Below are positions 1 through 13,496 of a stretch of 64,000 bases of DNA, piece by piece. The position numbers and the translations under genes are program-made. Under the pieces are notes generated by a model. It saw only the letters and a list, made by a program, of their open reading frames with translations. It had not been told where the DNA came from and did no database searches. The DNA is from Trichoplax sp. H2 (lineage: Eukaryota): NCBI GenBank assembly GCA_003344405.1, contig NOWV01000181.1, forward strand, positions 74,001 to 138,000. Reading direction: 5' to 3'. Numbering within the stretch: position 1 is the first letter of the stretch; every line of letters begins with the position of its first letter.

Positions 1-3000
1 CGTTATTGATTATCAATCAGTTTATAGCTAGTTCTTGTTAGTTTACAATTCAATTACCCTACTCATACCATTGATGCAAGCTCAAAATACTATAAGGATC
101 ACTGATGATTATTCCTAGTATTAGATGCTACACTTAAATTACTGCTGAATAGTAAATTTTTACACGCTAATATTAAGTAGAAGTTTTCACCTACCGATAA
201 GAGCAAGACATGCTAATGTAGAGCGCTGCCACATTGTTTATACGAATAAATTTATTTGCATTTTGTATAGAAATTGACCAATATTAAGAGCGAATAAAAT
301 AGATATATGTAATTGTAATCTTCTAATTTCTGAGAGAGGTTAAATGATAAATTTGTACTCCCCTAATATTACGTCTGCCATTAGAGTGTCTAATAAAATA
401 ATACAATAAGTTGATAAAACGTCTATTGCTGTACTATCTGCCATATACTATTTGTAGTTACTAAAAGGTTAAAAGACATCTACGATGATTGCTTGAAAAT
501 ACCCGTTTGGTTTTAAGCCTATTTTATAAGCCATGCTCATATATAGCACTAAATTATCAACTCACTGTCAAAATAATTGGTAATGTATGCGCATAAGCTT
601 GTATTTATGTTCTATTTTCATATATATATATATATATTTATCTTTTGCTTTATCGTATGATGCAATACCAGCTGACAATAAGGACATGCACCAAGTTCCT
701 CATAATCTGATATCAATATCTATTTGGTAATTACAACACGTAGAAAAACCAACGGCTAAAGATTGAAGTCAGGTAGTTTGATAAGGTATCATTCATTTTC
801 AGGTACTGCTTTTTAATTTGTTTATCTAAATAAGAATTTTATTGCTTTAATGTTTCTTGTACCACTAATGATGAAAGCTATAAAGTTTAAAGGCAGGAAC
901 TACAAGATTACGTTATTTCTGCTGAATTGTCTATCCTCTACAAATCAAACAAATAAAGACCATCATGTAAGAAACTTTACTAAAGTATGAGTCAGTGATT
1001 GATAGATTCCACTTCATGATAGTAATTGCAAGAAAATCTACCAATTTTATGAAGACAAGCAAAGTATTGAAATAATTAGCAGGAGTGCGAGATTAATTTG
1101 AATATTTTCCACCTCCGTCCCGGTGCAGCATGATTTTCTTGTAGCACTCAGTCATGATAAATAGGTAATGGTTGATAAACTGTTAACAAACCATTAAAAC
1201 AATCTGTAGGTAGGATAGATTAGTGGATGCATCTTTAAAAATTTAAACTCTCTAACGCCATCAACTTACCATTTAAGTGTTGATTAGTGCAGCAGCAAGT
1301 AACTTAATTATTAGAATTGTAACCCCCGTAAAACCACCAGCTTCGCTAGATATTTTTCAAAGATTTACAATTTCTTAAAAACGACTATGCAACGTTTTCA
1401 TTGCCCATTGACTCCCATCGCCACGAGTTTCACTGACTTCATTGATGATTGCAATCTGAGGTAGAATAAAATAGTCGACGTATCATATCATGAAACTGAG
1501 CTACAGTAAAATGCCATGAACTAAACAATATTATCTGGGTTATTGAATAACCTCTACCCTCATTTTTATAGCCCTTTATCGATGGCGCATGAAACAACGT
1601 CCAGGAGAGATACCTATCAATCTAGAGAGAACATAAAATATTAAAAATAATGGCTAACACGAATTAATATGCCAATAGATACTCGAGGATATTAGATCCT
1701 CTAGAATCAGTAAATTCGACTGAAAGAGTAGCTTTTAATATATTTGTAGTAATATTCTGACTTCATACTGGTACGTATCCATATCACATAATTTTCAGCT
1801 TTAAGTTGAAGTACAGTGTATCGCTTCCTTGCTCTCTTTAGTTACCTCTTGTTCGAATTAAATTTTCATTTAGTGCAAGCCCCAATGTGCCATGCAGTTG
1901 ATATTTGATACGCAGCAACTTAATTAAAGAAATTAAAACAATGTTTGAATTGAAGCCAATGTTCATTAATTACTTATTCGCTTAACTAAATAGATATCAG
2001 CTATGGTACCCACTATATCGTATCGTTTCTACGCCTGAATTTTTTATTCATTTCATTTCTTTAAAGTTGATAGCCTATAACCAACACACCATGTGGATCA
2101 TTGAATTGAATTTAGACTAGATCATGACCTATAAAGTTACACGGGTTAATTTGTCAACTTTGGCTTAATTAATGTTTACGCATAATATAATTAAAAAGAG
2201 AAATTTATTTGGAGAAAAACTAAAACTACTACAAAAAAAATAAATATTATGGGCCTACTGTCAGGATTGTCATCTCTAAAATCTAGCTGCAGTACCGGTA
2301 CGACTCTAAGTCCTGACTACATCCACATCATTAGCGAATTGCAGTAAACCAACAATCTCTCTAAGACAATAATTGGCCCAAACTTTATTGAAATGTCAGC
2401 CAATTTAGAGTACAGTGATAATAACATTAGTTATCAGCATATAGATAATATTATACAACTATGCAGTTATCCATTAAAAAATATGCTAACCGTCATAGAT
2501 AAATTGATATCAACTAGATAATTTAGCTTTCACGAGCACGGACTTCTAGGTATCTAGTAGTCTATGTCACGAGTCAATTATCAATATAAATAACATAACT
2601 TAGTTCTGGATCGTAGATTATTAGTCATCTTTGATATGAAGTGAGGCAGCAGAATTTATTACATTCATCTAAAGGCATCCATAGTAGCTCAGAGCCATAG
2701 AATATCTTATAGATTTATTAGAGTCCTGATGATCATACACACAGTAAGGTATTAAGTCACTACAGATATTTGGATAAGAATAGTATCGCAACTCATGTAT
2801 TAGGATATGGTTACTTTATTGTACTTTAACTGCCAAATATGATGTCTAAGTTAATACTGTGACTATTACCACACTGGATGACAGATTAATCGCTGTAAGA
2901 TATTATTAGTTACTACCAATAAATTGTAAAATTAGGTAAAATGTAAATATGCGTATACTGATTATAGCCGCAAATGCTACGAAAAGTATGCAGGTACAAG

Positions 3001-3603
3001 CAGTCAACTTCGGAATATCCTGGTACTTTCTTTTAGAAGTCTTTCTACTTATTGTATTAGGCTAGAGTAGATGTGTGCAGATTATCTTTGTATTAGCAAT
3101 CTAATAAAGTTCTAATTCCCTACAACTTTTTAAATCCCCTAATCGATTTTATCGAAATAAATTGCGTCATAGCCAATAAGTTCTCGGATAACTACCTATA
3201 TATTACGATTTCTATGCAAAAGTTACTCTATAACAGATATACGACTATACAGTAGAGAATTTCGTTAACGGTTTACTTTAATTTACGCATGTATTTTTCT
3301 CGATATGACATAAGGAAAATGAACATGTTTCGCAAGACATAACGATATGTATGTTGGGTAGTTAAGCTAGATAGTTCCGTTAATTGTTTAAAATAATGCT
3401 ATTACTGGATTCGTAAATTGGATTCAATTTGAATTAATACTAAAGAATAAAATTTTAGATAGTTATCAGTTAGCAAGTGAATTTGAGAATTCTATCTCTG
3501 TAACACCTGTATTTGTAATCTACTTAATTAGCTACATAGGATACTAAATAAATGTTTTCGTAGTATATACTTCCCATTCAGATATTTTACGTATATCATT
3601 TAG

Positions 3604-3885
3604 CTGTCTGACCTTACTTGAAAAAATATTACCTAGGAAATTAGAACAGTTTGAAAAGAATTAACTCCAATGCTACGCTATGACTGGACGCCGGTTAAGA
3701 AATTTGAAAGAGAAAATCCGTTCAACGTAGGCGATCAATGCTTTGAAATGCTCGATACACGCAGCAAAAATAACAAATCTGCGCTTATAATAGAAATTCT
3801 AACGGATAAACTAATTGATTGCGGTCTTCGTTCTGTTGCAGAGAAGTTATATTCAGCAGTATATAGCGATCCAAACAAAAGCTAA
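3604..3885 (+). pseudogene. Disrupted terminal Death-domain exon, copy 1
   Basis: After acceptor tttag (ends 3603): EIRTV*KELTPMLRYDWTPVKKFERENPFNVGDQCFEMLD...EILTDKLIDCGLRSVAEKLY*. This fits a Death-domain pattern. The conserved Trp position is TGA, and there is a further stop and frameshift upstream. Confidence 0.75.
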
Positions 3886-4986
3886 TGTAACTTATTAAGG
3901 GTTAATAACTGCGTATAAAAGTAGCTGCTTTGATCAGATTTAGTATCGATGAAATAATGTTATTTACTATAAACATGTACATGCACAAAATTTATTGCAA
4001 TATAGATTATATTATACTGTAGATTGTAGAATAGATCAATTTAATAACCGTAACTAATAATAGTGATAAGCATTTGACTTTAAATTGTCTTTATAAGATA
4101 GTTAGTGGTAATAGGATTAATTTCCGTAATTAGTGCTTATAAAAATGAAGCCTCAAGCTATTCTAGATTGCATTTTGCTTTAAATTGCTGAAATAAAGTG
4201 CGGGCCTTTGACTAGAGAACTTATTCAAGTCTCAATTATATTCCTGATTTTAGGCGATAGCAAGCAAAATTACCTAACTTTTCATCAGATGTGGTATGGT
4301 ACTACTAATTGTCCACCCGTCTATTGCTATTACTTCATTATTAAGATTTGAATTAAAAAGCTAAAGAAACGGGAATTAAAAAAACTTATTAACTCAAATT
4401 TGCTTATTTAAAATCTTGATTAATCAATAATCAATAATTTAGCTACTTTTTCTTAGTATAAATTTCAAGAACTTATACACGGGTGCAAGATCAGTACATT
4501 ATTTAAAACGTTGATGATTACTCCTTAAATTAGATTAAGACACTAAATTACTGCCTAGTAGTACATATGACAGCTGAATTCAAGTAGAAATTTCTTAACT
4601 GTTGCTAGAAGAAAGATATCTTAGCAGAGAACATTATAGCATTCTTCTGTTAGAACTGATTCATTTGCATTTTTATCGGAAGTAGCAAATGATAAGAGCA
4701 GATAAAGTAGAATTGTCTTTTTATTTTAAACTATACTAATTTATACAGATTAGCATACCCGATTAGACAATTAATTAAATTTATTAGAATAATCGCGTCA
4801 TATTCTTCTCTCGTTATATAAGTACTTACTTATTATTCAGCGTTATTTACTGCAACACTTTAACATTAGGCTGTACTAAATTAATCTACAGGCTAGCGAA
4901 GCAAAATAATCTATTTAAATCGTGACTATAATGATTAATCTGGTGGCCGAGCCGTTAAGAAGTTGAAATAATAGAATACTAGTAAA

Positions 4987-5951
4987 ATGGCCTAATTTGA
5001 AATATTGCAAACTACTACAGAGATAGTCTATCGTGGTAAACTGGTAGGACTGGCTGGTATTCAGATTAATGAGAAAAAGTTATTCGTGCAATACAGTTGA
5101 AGCTTCAAGCTCATGGTCAATTTACAATCCAAGAAGTAGGAGAAAATGTTTTTGTTTTTAATTTTTAACACCTCATGTTATAATCCTTCCATATACTGTA
5201 AGTAGTCAAAAGAATCTCTTTCTAGCTAGTACAATTTATTACGCACACTGACTTCGAGGAAAAGTTAATTTCTCCATTTGATCCTGAATATTGGAAATTC
5301 AAGTGATCTTAACGAGACAAATTCCAATCGATGGACCCAAAGCCGATAAGTTAAAGTGTCCTATCAAACTTTGTATCGAATATAAATAGGATTCGTAAAC
5401 AGATGTTGTGATATCCGATAATTATAGCATGAGTGCCAGCAATGTAATTCAAGATAATATTGTTGAACTATGAACACTAATACTAATACTTTCGGTTGTA
5501 TTTGTTATTCAATTAAAATGCGGAAATAAAATAACGAATTATTTTATGAAACAATAGAATTACTTCTACTAAAAAGGTTCCAACGTTGGAAACCCATGGA
5601 TAAGAGGATGCAGTATCATAAATATATATGTTATGGCCAATATCAGTAACAATATCTCTCTTAAACTATATAATAGTATCATATACTGATATGAATAATT
5701 TAAAGTTATGATGCTCAATTAACTCTTTAGTCCTACATGGCGGCAATTGTCATTAGAGCGTTCGGTATTTTATTGTCTATTGGATCATCCATATTTTAAG
5801 CGGTGCACACGTAGCAGTCGTCATATTACCAACAAACTAGGTAGCTTTTAATAATCCTGTTGGACAGTTAAATGTGTCCTGCGTAGGTTCGTGATATCAA
5901 AGATAAGCGAGAGCAGTCTCAAAATTTTTCACTTAATTCAAGATTAATTTG
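4987..5951 (+). pseudogene. Possible decayed ZU5/UPA-like coding exons upstream of Death-domain copy 2
   Basis: Stop- and frameshift-broken reading segments: IVYRGKLVGLAGIQI (ZU5 start-like), LTRQIPIDGPKADKLKCPIKLCIEY (ZU5 core-like), VFYCLLDHPYFKR (UPA-like). The region ends at a good donor ttg/gtgagt. Pattern recognition only. Confidence 0.35.
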
Positions 5952-8571
5952 GTGAGTAGATATAATTAGCAGTGTATGTACTTGGATTAATATACGATAT
6001 GATCAGAAGAAATATAGCAAGATTAGGTTAAATTAAAGCAACGTTAGAACGAAAACGAAATTTCTGTCTTACGCTAATCAATTTTTGCAGCTGTTAAATC
6101 AACGACCTAACAAGAAACCTTTTATTCGTAAAAATTATTATTCTTGTATAATTCATTAATCACATATTAGGTATTATTAAGTGTTATGGTACAATTGTAT
6201 TTGTACTTATTCTGAAAACTAAAATACTATAGCATAAGAACTATCTTGCAATTAGAGAAACACCCATCCGGCAATTTTCAAGATCGTTAGAGTTTTAAGA
6301 ACCCGCATACGTCACAATATCGATGTAATTTACTAGAACCGTAGAATAGTTAAATATATTCCAAAATAAAATACCCAGATTACTTTCTTTCTATTTCAAT
6401 CTTTACAAATGAGAATGATTATTTACGTACGATGTCAGAAAATTTTGTTTTGTATAACTTAAAATTTTACGATAGGTAATAGTTATTACAAGTTTTCTTG
6501 AGGATGTATAAGCATACAGTGCTTTATTTGCTTATTATACTTATTGTCTGATAATTCGAATTTAAAAATGCTATAGCTGGTTATAAAATGATAGGATATT
6601 TTCATAAAATAGTATATACTTCAAGGTGCGGTAATGTAATATTTAGAATCTGTTAAAATTGCTACGCTTGTAATACTTAATATCCTATTTTATTTTGCTA
6701 TGTAACATTATATACTCTCATTACGGACTACTTCCTGACTAGTTTTACTAGTCTAACGTAAAACAATTACTTTGAGTTGCCTCTACAGATTACTACCCTA
6801 ATCTATCGAAATATCTAGTAAGAATATAGTACTGCAACTATAACGCTTAAAAAGTACCCTTCTAAAAGGCTCACAACCAGTAGATAGACTATACTATAAT
6901 CTACAAAATATTGACTATTTTTAGCCAAAATAACAATAATCAGGTTATCGATATTCTACTATCTTTACAGATAAAAAATACTTGATTATCTATACTACGG
7001 TAGACCACTTACATTTTATTATGGTATAACAGTAGATACCTTAGTAATTTAGCGTCATATGTCTTGCCATCAACACTCAAAGTAAGCTATCTTTAAAGCA
7101 TCTCTGCAAGTTTTCTTAATAGAATATTATTCATAAATAATATTGCTAACAATTTTTAGGAAATTTCTGAAATGTGTAATAGTGTCCTTATCACGATACC
7201 CGTACTACTGTGAGTAGAATAATGCTGCGATGTAGGTTATCATTTAATATAGAATTGTACAGCATATTCATTTTTGGATAAGAGTAAACGAATTAGTCAG
7301 ACACCTAATAATATTTATAAGAAAGCTCAAAGGACAGATTATCTTCATATCATAGTTTACCTCAAGTTACATTCGTACGCTAACAATTTGTAAAATAGCG
7401 CACTAAATTATACTAATTTATATCTAAAATAATAAGGCTAATTTAGTTTATTAGTGTAACATTGCATGTAAATAGATACTCTGTAGCTGCTCGCGAATCT
7501 AGTTAGAAGCTATAAATAAGGGGGGGGGGGAGGAAATGTTTTAATACAAAGTGTTCTAATTTTCATCTTAGTAAAGATTGGCAGTTGTGCTTAGTCGCCG
7601 TTGAAAGCAGTCTCTGTGTTATACTTGGGGTTGTAATAACAAAATAGTTTAAAAATCATCAATATAGAAATTACTTTTGCCCTTTCAGTAGAAAGTAAAT
7701 GATGCCAATGATGATAAATTTCAACACATTAGATATTTATATTTTAAAATAATGATAAAATTTAGAATATTAACCCTTACGTGACATTAGGTTAGTTGTC
7801 TTTCTGTTATTCTTAACTGACTTTCATTTAAATCTTTACTACTAACTAAAATCATTCTTTTAGTGATTTCTAAACAAGTAAGACTTATCATTTATTTCAG
7901 ATGGAGAATACAGGTATTTAAAAGTTTATTAATTAATTTAAAGGCATGCAGATCAATAATTATCACATTTACTTTATAAATAATTTTTGATAATATATTT
8001 CAAGAGGTTAGAGTTAACCTATCATTTTAAATCTATGATGCAGCATTAGTTGCAACTGTCAAGACATCATGATTACTGCAAGTCGCTAACTGTAACTTAT
8101 TCCATTGTGTACAGACTACCACATACATCATAAAAAGCAAGGAGAGCCTAAATTTTTAAAGCAAGGTTTGATTTCAGGCAGAATTACTTAAAAATTTAGC
8201 AAAATATTTGTGCTTCTCTCGCTTAATGCATACTGACGTTACGATAAAGACTAAAATATTGTTTATATAAAGGAATTAAGTAGAAATAAACTGTTATCAG
8301 TGTAGTAACGAAATACGTTCTATTGCAACCAGTGTCATTCAAAAAACCTGATATGATGTACTGGATTCGTAAATTAGATTCAATTTGAACGCATATTAGG
8401 ATGTAAAATTTTTAGTAGTCTTGGTTTAACATTTGAATTTTAAGAATTTTACCTCTGTCGCGCATTTATAATGTTATTTGCAATCTGCATAATGCAGTAC
8501 ATAATGATGCCAACAGTAAAAGTTGTCGTAGTGTGAACTTCCTATTCAGATTATTTAAATGTATTATTTAG

Positions 8572-8846
8572 ATGCCAGACCTTATTTGAAAAATACTACA
8601 GAAGAAATTGGAACAAATTGGAAATAATTAGCTACGAAGCTGGGCTATGACTGGACCGCGGTCCAGAAATTTGAAAAAAATAATCCGTTCAGCGTTGACG
8701 ATCAATGCTTTGCAATGCTCGATAAACGCTACAAAGATGGCAAATCTCAAGTTACAGTAGAAATTCTAAAGGAAAAACTTGTTGAATGCGGTCTTCGTTC
8801 AGTTGCAGAGAAGCTTTATTCAGAAGTAAATAAAACTAGTAACTAG
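8572..8846 (+). pseudogene. Terminal Death-domain exon, copy 2, with one in-frame stop
   Basis: After acceptor tttag (ends 8571): ARPYLKNTTEEIGTNWK*LATKLGYDWTAVQKFEKNNPFSVDDQCFAMLDKRYKDGKSQVTVEILKEKLVECGLRSVAEKLYSEVNKTSN*. This is a typical Death-domain signature (IGxxWKxLAxxLG; L..CG.R.VAE). TAA at 8625-8627. Confidence 0.85.
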
Positions 8847-11596
8847 AATTTAATTTGTAAACTAGCTCTTATATTTTGCTATGAATTTGGTTTTCGCTTG
8901 GTTATGTTGCACCCTGTCTCTTGTTAATTAATAATTTGGGTCTTTATTTGACTTTGCTAGTAATAAATATAATTTACCTCGTAGAAAGTTAGAGTGGATT
9001 TCAGTGTTATAGCTCTCATAATAAATGAACGTATGCATGAAAATGCTATCACCATCAGAAACTAGTTGTGATTCCTTCAATTCGATAAAGAAATCAATTT
9101 GGATTATTAACATAAATATGAGAATTACAAAATCGTGAAGTATTTATAGTATATTGCATGGACTATTGGTATAGTTAAGCCTAAAATAGGCTGCAACTTT
9201 GCGTAATACAATTATAGCTGGATGTGGTACATCTGGAGTTAGGGTAAGGATAGACTTCACCTATTTATCTTTTCGTGTGCAATGTTTAATAATATGTCGT
9301 TGATCGGGACTGTAAGCTAAACATTTGACTGTTAGAACAACATTATGATTCAAGGTCAGAAAGTGAACTAATAATGCTTTCATTCATCTATCTAGCAAAT
9401 CTATCTCGTAGCATGCTACTATTATAATTAAAGATGTATTTCTAATGTGTTTGCTACTGTACTGAACTAATTCTACTTCTCAATCTTAACCATAAAATAC
9501 TTTCGCTCTTATATTTGGTAACATTAATTACCAATATTCGAAATGATGCATAGACTTCGATAAAATTGATAGCAGAATAAACCGTAATTCAATACGAGAA
9601 ATGCTTATTACTGTAATTACTTATAGTCTGAATGAAGTATTGGTGCGAGTTAATGAACTCCCAAACTTTATGTAGCCATAATCTTTCGTAAAAAACGCAT
9701 GGAGTCTTACAGATGTCAATGAAAGGCGAATTCTAAGTCTTTCTCAGACATTTTTTTAAATAAAAATTTTTAAACGCCATAGTTTAGATATTACGATACA
9801 AGTTATTTGAGTTCTAAAATGTTTCAATTGCTATTTTTACTTAAAGAGATGTTTAAAAATGACATACTAGAAACGCTGAAGACAACAATAACGACCATTA
9901 ATATCATAACTACTTATTCCATATAACTATATCTTACATGATAGCCACCAAATCCAATTCGATCCACAATAATTATCCTAAGAGATAGATAAACCGCGTA
10001 ATTGTTCACGATCTAACATTTAAAAAGTTCCTTGCCTTATAATTGGAAAATCCTGAACATTTTGAATATTACCTCAATAAATAATTGGATACATAAATCC
10101 TCTACTAATTAGTTTCAATTACCTTAAATTTAGCCGAGAAATACATAACTATTTCGCAATATCACAAGGCATTGCAGATTTTGGTAAAAGGATTATCGGG
10201 GTTCGTACTGGCTGCGACTAATTTTAGTAATTTATCGGCTTTGCTAAGATAAAATATAAAATAGCAACGTAAGCTTAGATAATTAATAAATTTATTCATA
10301 ATATTTACAATCTATTAAAAGCAACATTTGCTCGCACGTTCATATTACTATATTAAGTAAACCCTTTTAGTATTTAACTTCGTTGCTTAACATCAGCTCA
10401 CATTCTTGCGTTATTAAGCATGCTAAAAGTTAAGCGTAATTATTTCCAGAAATCACTCTGCAATGGCTATCTTCAGACAGCAAAATAGAGCGAAATAGGT
10501 GTCAATAGACTATTAGCAAACTAACCTTTCTGCAATTTATAGAAGGAATTAATCTACTGACAAAGAAAGAGAGATCTGCTACTAATAAGATATAAATTAT
10601 ACAGTGATATATCTCGATAACGTAGAGAATGGAAACTAAGGATCACGTCAGACGAGATTGCATTGGAATATTCACGCTCTGATAAATCAAGTACATCAAG
10701 TCTAGAAAAGAGTACTGTGAAATTATATTATCCGTCTAACAGATTTACTAAATACTTTAGTAAATGATGATTGGATACTTATCGGTACCAAGTAATTGTT
10801 ATACTTTATTCACATTGTATCAATTGAAGTATATCTGCATAATTAGAAATATAACGTACTTTTATTGAAATAGAAGAATAAATCATCTATTGTAGTTACA
10901 ATTAATTACATTATTATTATTATCATCCATGGACTTCTACCTGTTATTAATTAGTGAGCAAAAAGAATAGTTACAGTTTCCAATCGTGATATATAATACC
11001 GTTCTCAAAACACGTGATGTGAAAGAATCCAACTGTTGCACTGATAAGTATATTTACGGCCTAAAGTTGATAGTTTATCTAGTAGAAAAGATTCCGATAA
11101 TAACAAGTCTAGACCATTGTAATAGACCTACTGCTACTTCGTTAGGTTGGTAGTTTAACGATCTTCCGGTCGTAGACAAACTTCGATTCTTAAATAGCGT
11201 AGAAACGCCTAACTTTAAAGAATAGTTAACAAACCTTAAGTTACTAGCACATTTGGGCATAGTCTAGAAGCTGTCAGTCCCAGCTCTCAGAACGTGGTAT
11301 AAGAGTGAATACTATACCGGTACTTTACTGTTTCATTATCAGCTACGGCCACTAACATAAAATATTTTGCGCAAACCATTACAACCATAAAATGATCATT
11401 GGTCTTCGAAATCATAGAAAAACGAATAATAACGTTACACAATCCAAGGTAGTCAAGTAAGACGAAGAGTAACAGAGTATACTCGCACTGCTCTTTGAGG
11501 CTCTTTTATTGTTAGAATTAGAGATAGAAGAAATGGTGAAGATTTAAAACATGGAAAGATAATTTCATTGTTTCATTTAGTGAAAAGTCGTTGGAT

Positions 11597-12616
11597 ATGG
11601 CAAGTACAAATAAAATTGATAGCCTTACGCCTTGTGATAGCCAATCTAAGGAGAAAAAATCCATCATGGAGGACCTTAGAAACTTAATTACGACTGGTGG
11701 AAATGAACAGCAACAAAACAACTACGAACAGGCTTTAATAACCTATAACGAAGCTTTAGATCGAATTAATTTCGTAACGATGGTCGAAGACAAGGACGAG
11801 AATGAATATTATCATGGTCTTTATTTAGAAATCTATCGAGAAATGGTTAAAATTTACAAGAAACTACTTCGTTATGAAGATATCCTGTGGATTTATCAAA
11901 AAATGTTAAAAGTGCAAATTGAAGTATCCGGAGAAAAAAGTCAAGATGTAGCTAAAATCTATGAAAAGATTGCGTATGGTTATGATAGTCTCAATCAAAC
12001 CCATAAAGCTATTGCCATGTTTGAGAAACATCTACATATTAAATTAGAATTATATGGCGAAAATAGCCATGAAGCTGCTGATGCTTATTTTGATGTTGGA
12101 TTAGAGTATGAGCGCCAATCACATCATTATAAAAGTTTGTCTATGCTTAAAAAATCATTACGGATTAAAATAAACCTTCTTGGAGGGGAGCACTACGATC
12201 TTGCCAGTATCTATAGTATGATTGGCGATATATATACTGATCAAGATAAATTTAAGGAAGCAATCGCCATGTACGAAGTCTGTTTAACTCTTGAAGTACG
12301 TCAATATGGAGATAACCATCTTTGTATTTCAAATCGTTATAACTCTATTGCATGGGCTTATCAATGCCAAGACCGATACAATGATGCATTGGGCTTGTAT
12401 CAGAAATCATTAAATATAGTTGTTGAATTATTTGACGAAAATGATGATCATATCCTCGAAATCCAAGAGCAAATTGCTTTAATCTCTAAAGAACAACATC
12501 AGCAAAAAAATTCTAAATTGATACCACAAGATAATCTTCAGAGCAATGAAGATGCCGCAACAGTAAATGAAATTATAATCAAGGAAGGTGATCAATCAGT
12601 AGGTAATGCTCATTAG
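11597..12616 (+). CDS. Intronless TPR protein (~339 aa) with 42-aa kinesin-light-chain/NPHP3-type repeats
   Basis: Open frame from ATG 11597. About 5-6 repeats of the form G..H.D.A..Y..IG..Y..Q.++.EA+.MY.K.L.I. Confidence 0.9.
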   Translation: MASTNKIDSLTPCDSQSKEKKSIMEDLRNLITTGGNEQQQNNYEQALITYNEALDRINFVTMVEDKDENEYYHGLYLEIYREMVKIYKKLLRYEDILWIYQKMLKVQIEVSGEKSQDVAKIYEKIAYGYDSLNQTHKAIAMFEKHLHIKLELYGENSHEAADAYFDVGLEYERQSHHYKSLSMLKKSLRIKINLLGGEHYDLASIYSMIGDIYTDQDKFKEAIAMYEVCLTLEVRQYGDNHLCISNRYNSIAWAYQCQDRYNDALGLYQKSLNIVVELFDENDDHILEIQEQIALISKEQHQQKNSKLIPQDNLQSNEDAATVNEIIIKEGDQSVGNAH

Positions 12617-13496
12617 CCAAAAAAAATATTCATCTAGTCTTATCTTATCGATTTTATTTATACCAATTCTTAGCCGATTTAGAATTTATAAATATATATT
12701 CCTTACTATAGTTACCTGTTCTTGAAATTTCGTTATTGGTTTCGGTTCTATCTCACTTTAATTGCGGTTATCACGATATCAGAGGCGATTCTTAATGTAA
12801 ATTTAATCCAATTGAGATTAGGTATATAAATCAGTTCTGATAAAGCACCGATGATAATTATGAATTTAACATAACGCTAATTAATCATAGTTACAAAATC
12901 TATTCACTAGCTCTATTAATGGCTACGATATTTCTTGAATGAAGCACTTGAAATTGTCGTATTACAGTCAAATCAATCATTTTGACTATAAAATCATACA
13001 CATTAAACAAGAAAAAATTAGCCAATCATAAAATTGCTACATAATGTTTGGTAAGCTTTAAATTGCAGTATAATCAGCTTAATTTAAATTAGTTTTCGTT
13101 TACTACTGTCTCGCTTATGATTGGAGTAATTCCAGCTATCATGCGCTGTAATCTAATGTGAAGTCAACTTCTTATTCTAAATGGGTAGTTTCTACAGTAC
13201 AGTAGTTAATACGGTTGAAATTTCACTTGCCAGATAGCGAATGGGGCGCTGCTCATGCTTACAAAGTTTGAGAAGTTTGATTTTTAAATGAAATTGATAT
13301 CGTCAAATTTTCTGAATCATCAGCACTAATTAAACTAGTAGAATTTCAATTCTATCATTTACTTGTATTTCTACAGCCATTAGCTTGTGTATATGATAGT
13401 GAAATAAAAATTGACTAAGTGCTAGTAAAGAGATACGCGTATTCTGTATATAAAATTATCGCTGAAATACTAACAACTAAACCAAATTTGATGTAG

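Larger units (their letters stand above)
1..8900. repeat. Old, diverged tandem segmental duplication (unit 1 ~1-4400, unit 2 ~4410-8900)
   Basis: ~1-330 aligns by eye with ~4415-4740 (tgatgattattcctagtattagatgctacacttaaattactgc vs tgatgattactccttaaattagattaagacactaaattactgc). ~3403-3885 aligns with ~8359-8846 (tactggattcgtaaatt[g/a]gattcaatttgaa ... tgcggtcttcgttc.gttgcagagaag). The interiors could not be aligned by eye. Confidence 0.75.

Noticed and set aside
1315-1770. Exon-like segments with faint death-fold phrases (IS*KRLCNVF; LYRWRMKQ)
   Set aside because: Too degraded to support a call
7520-7530. Poly-G run
   Set aside because: Isolated homopolymer with no associated structure
7770-7790. 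ttaaccct motif (also at ~23965; agggttaa at ~3897) as a piggyBac terminus
   Set aside because: No extended match to the TIR at 30045-30073; short motif expected by chance
12738-12747. IRF-like site (reverse complement AACCGAAACC) upstream of the CARD gene
   Set aside because: Single short motif with unknown transcription start; cannot be separated from chance
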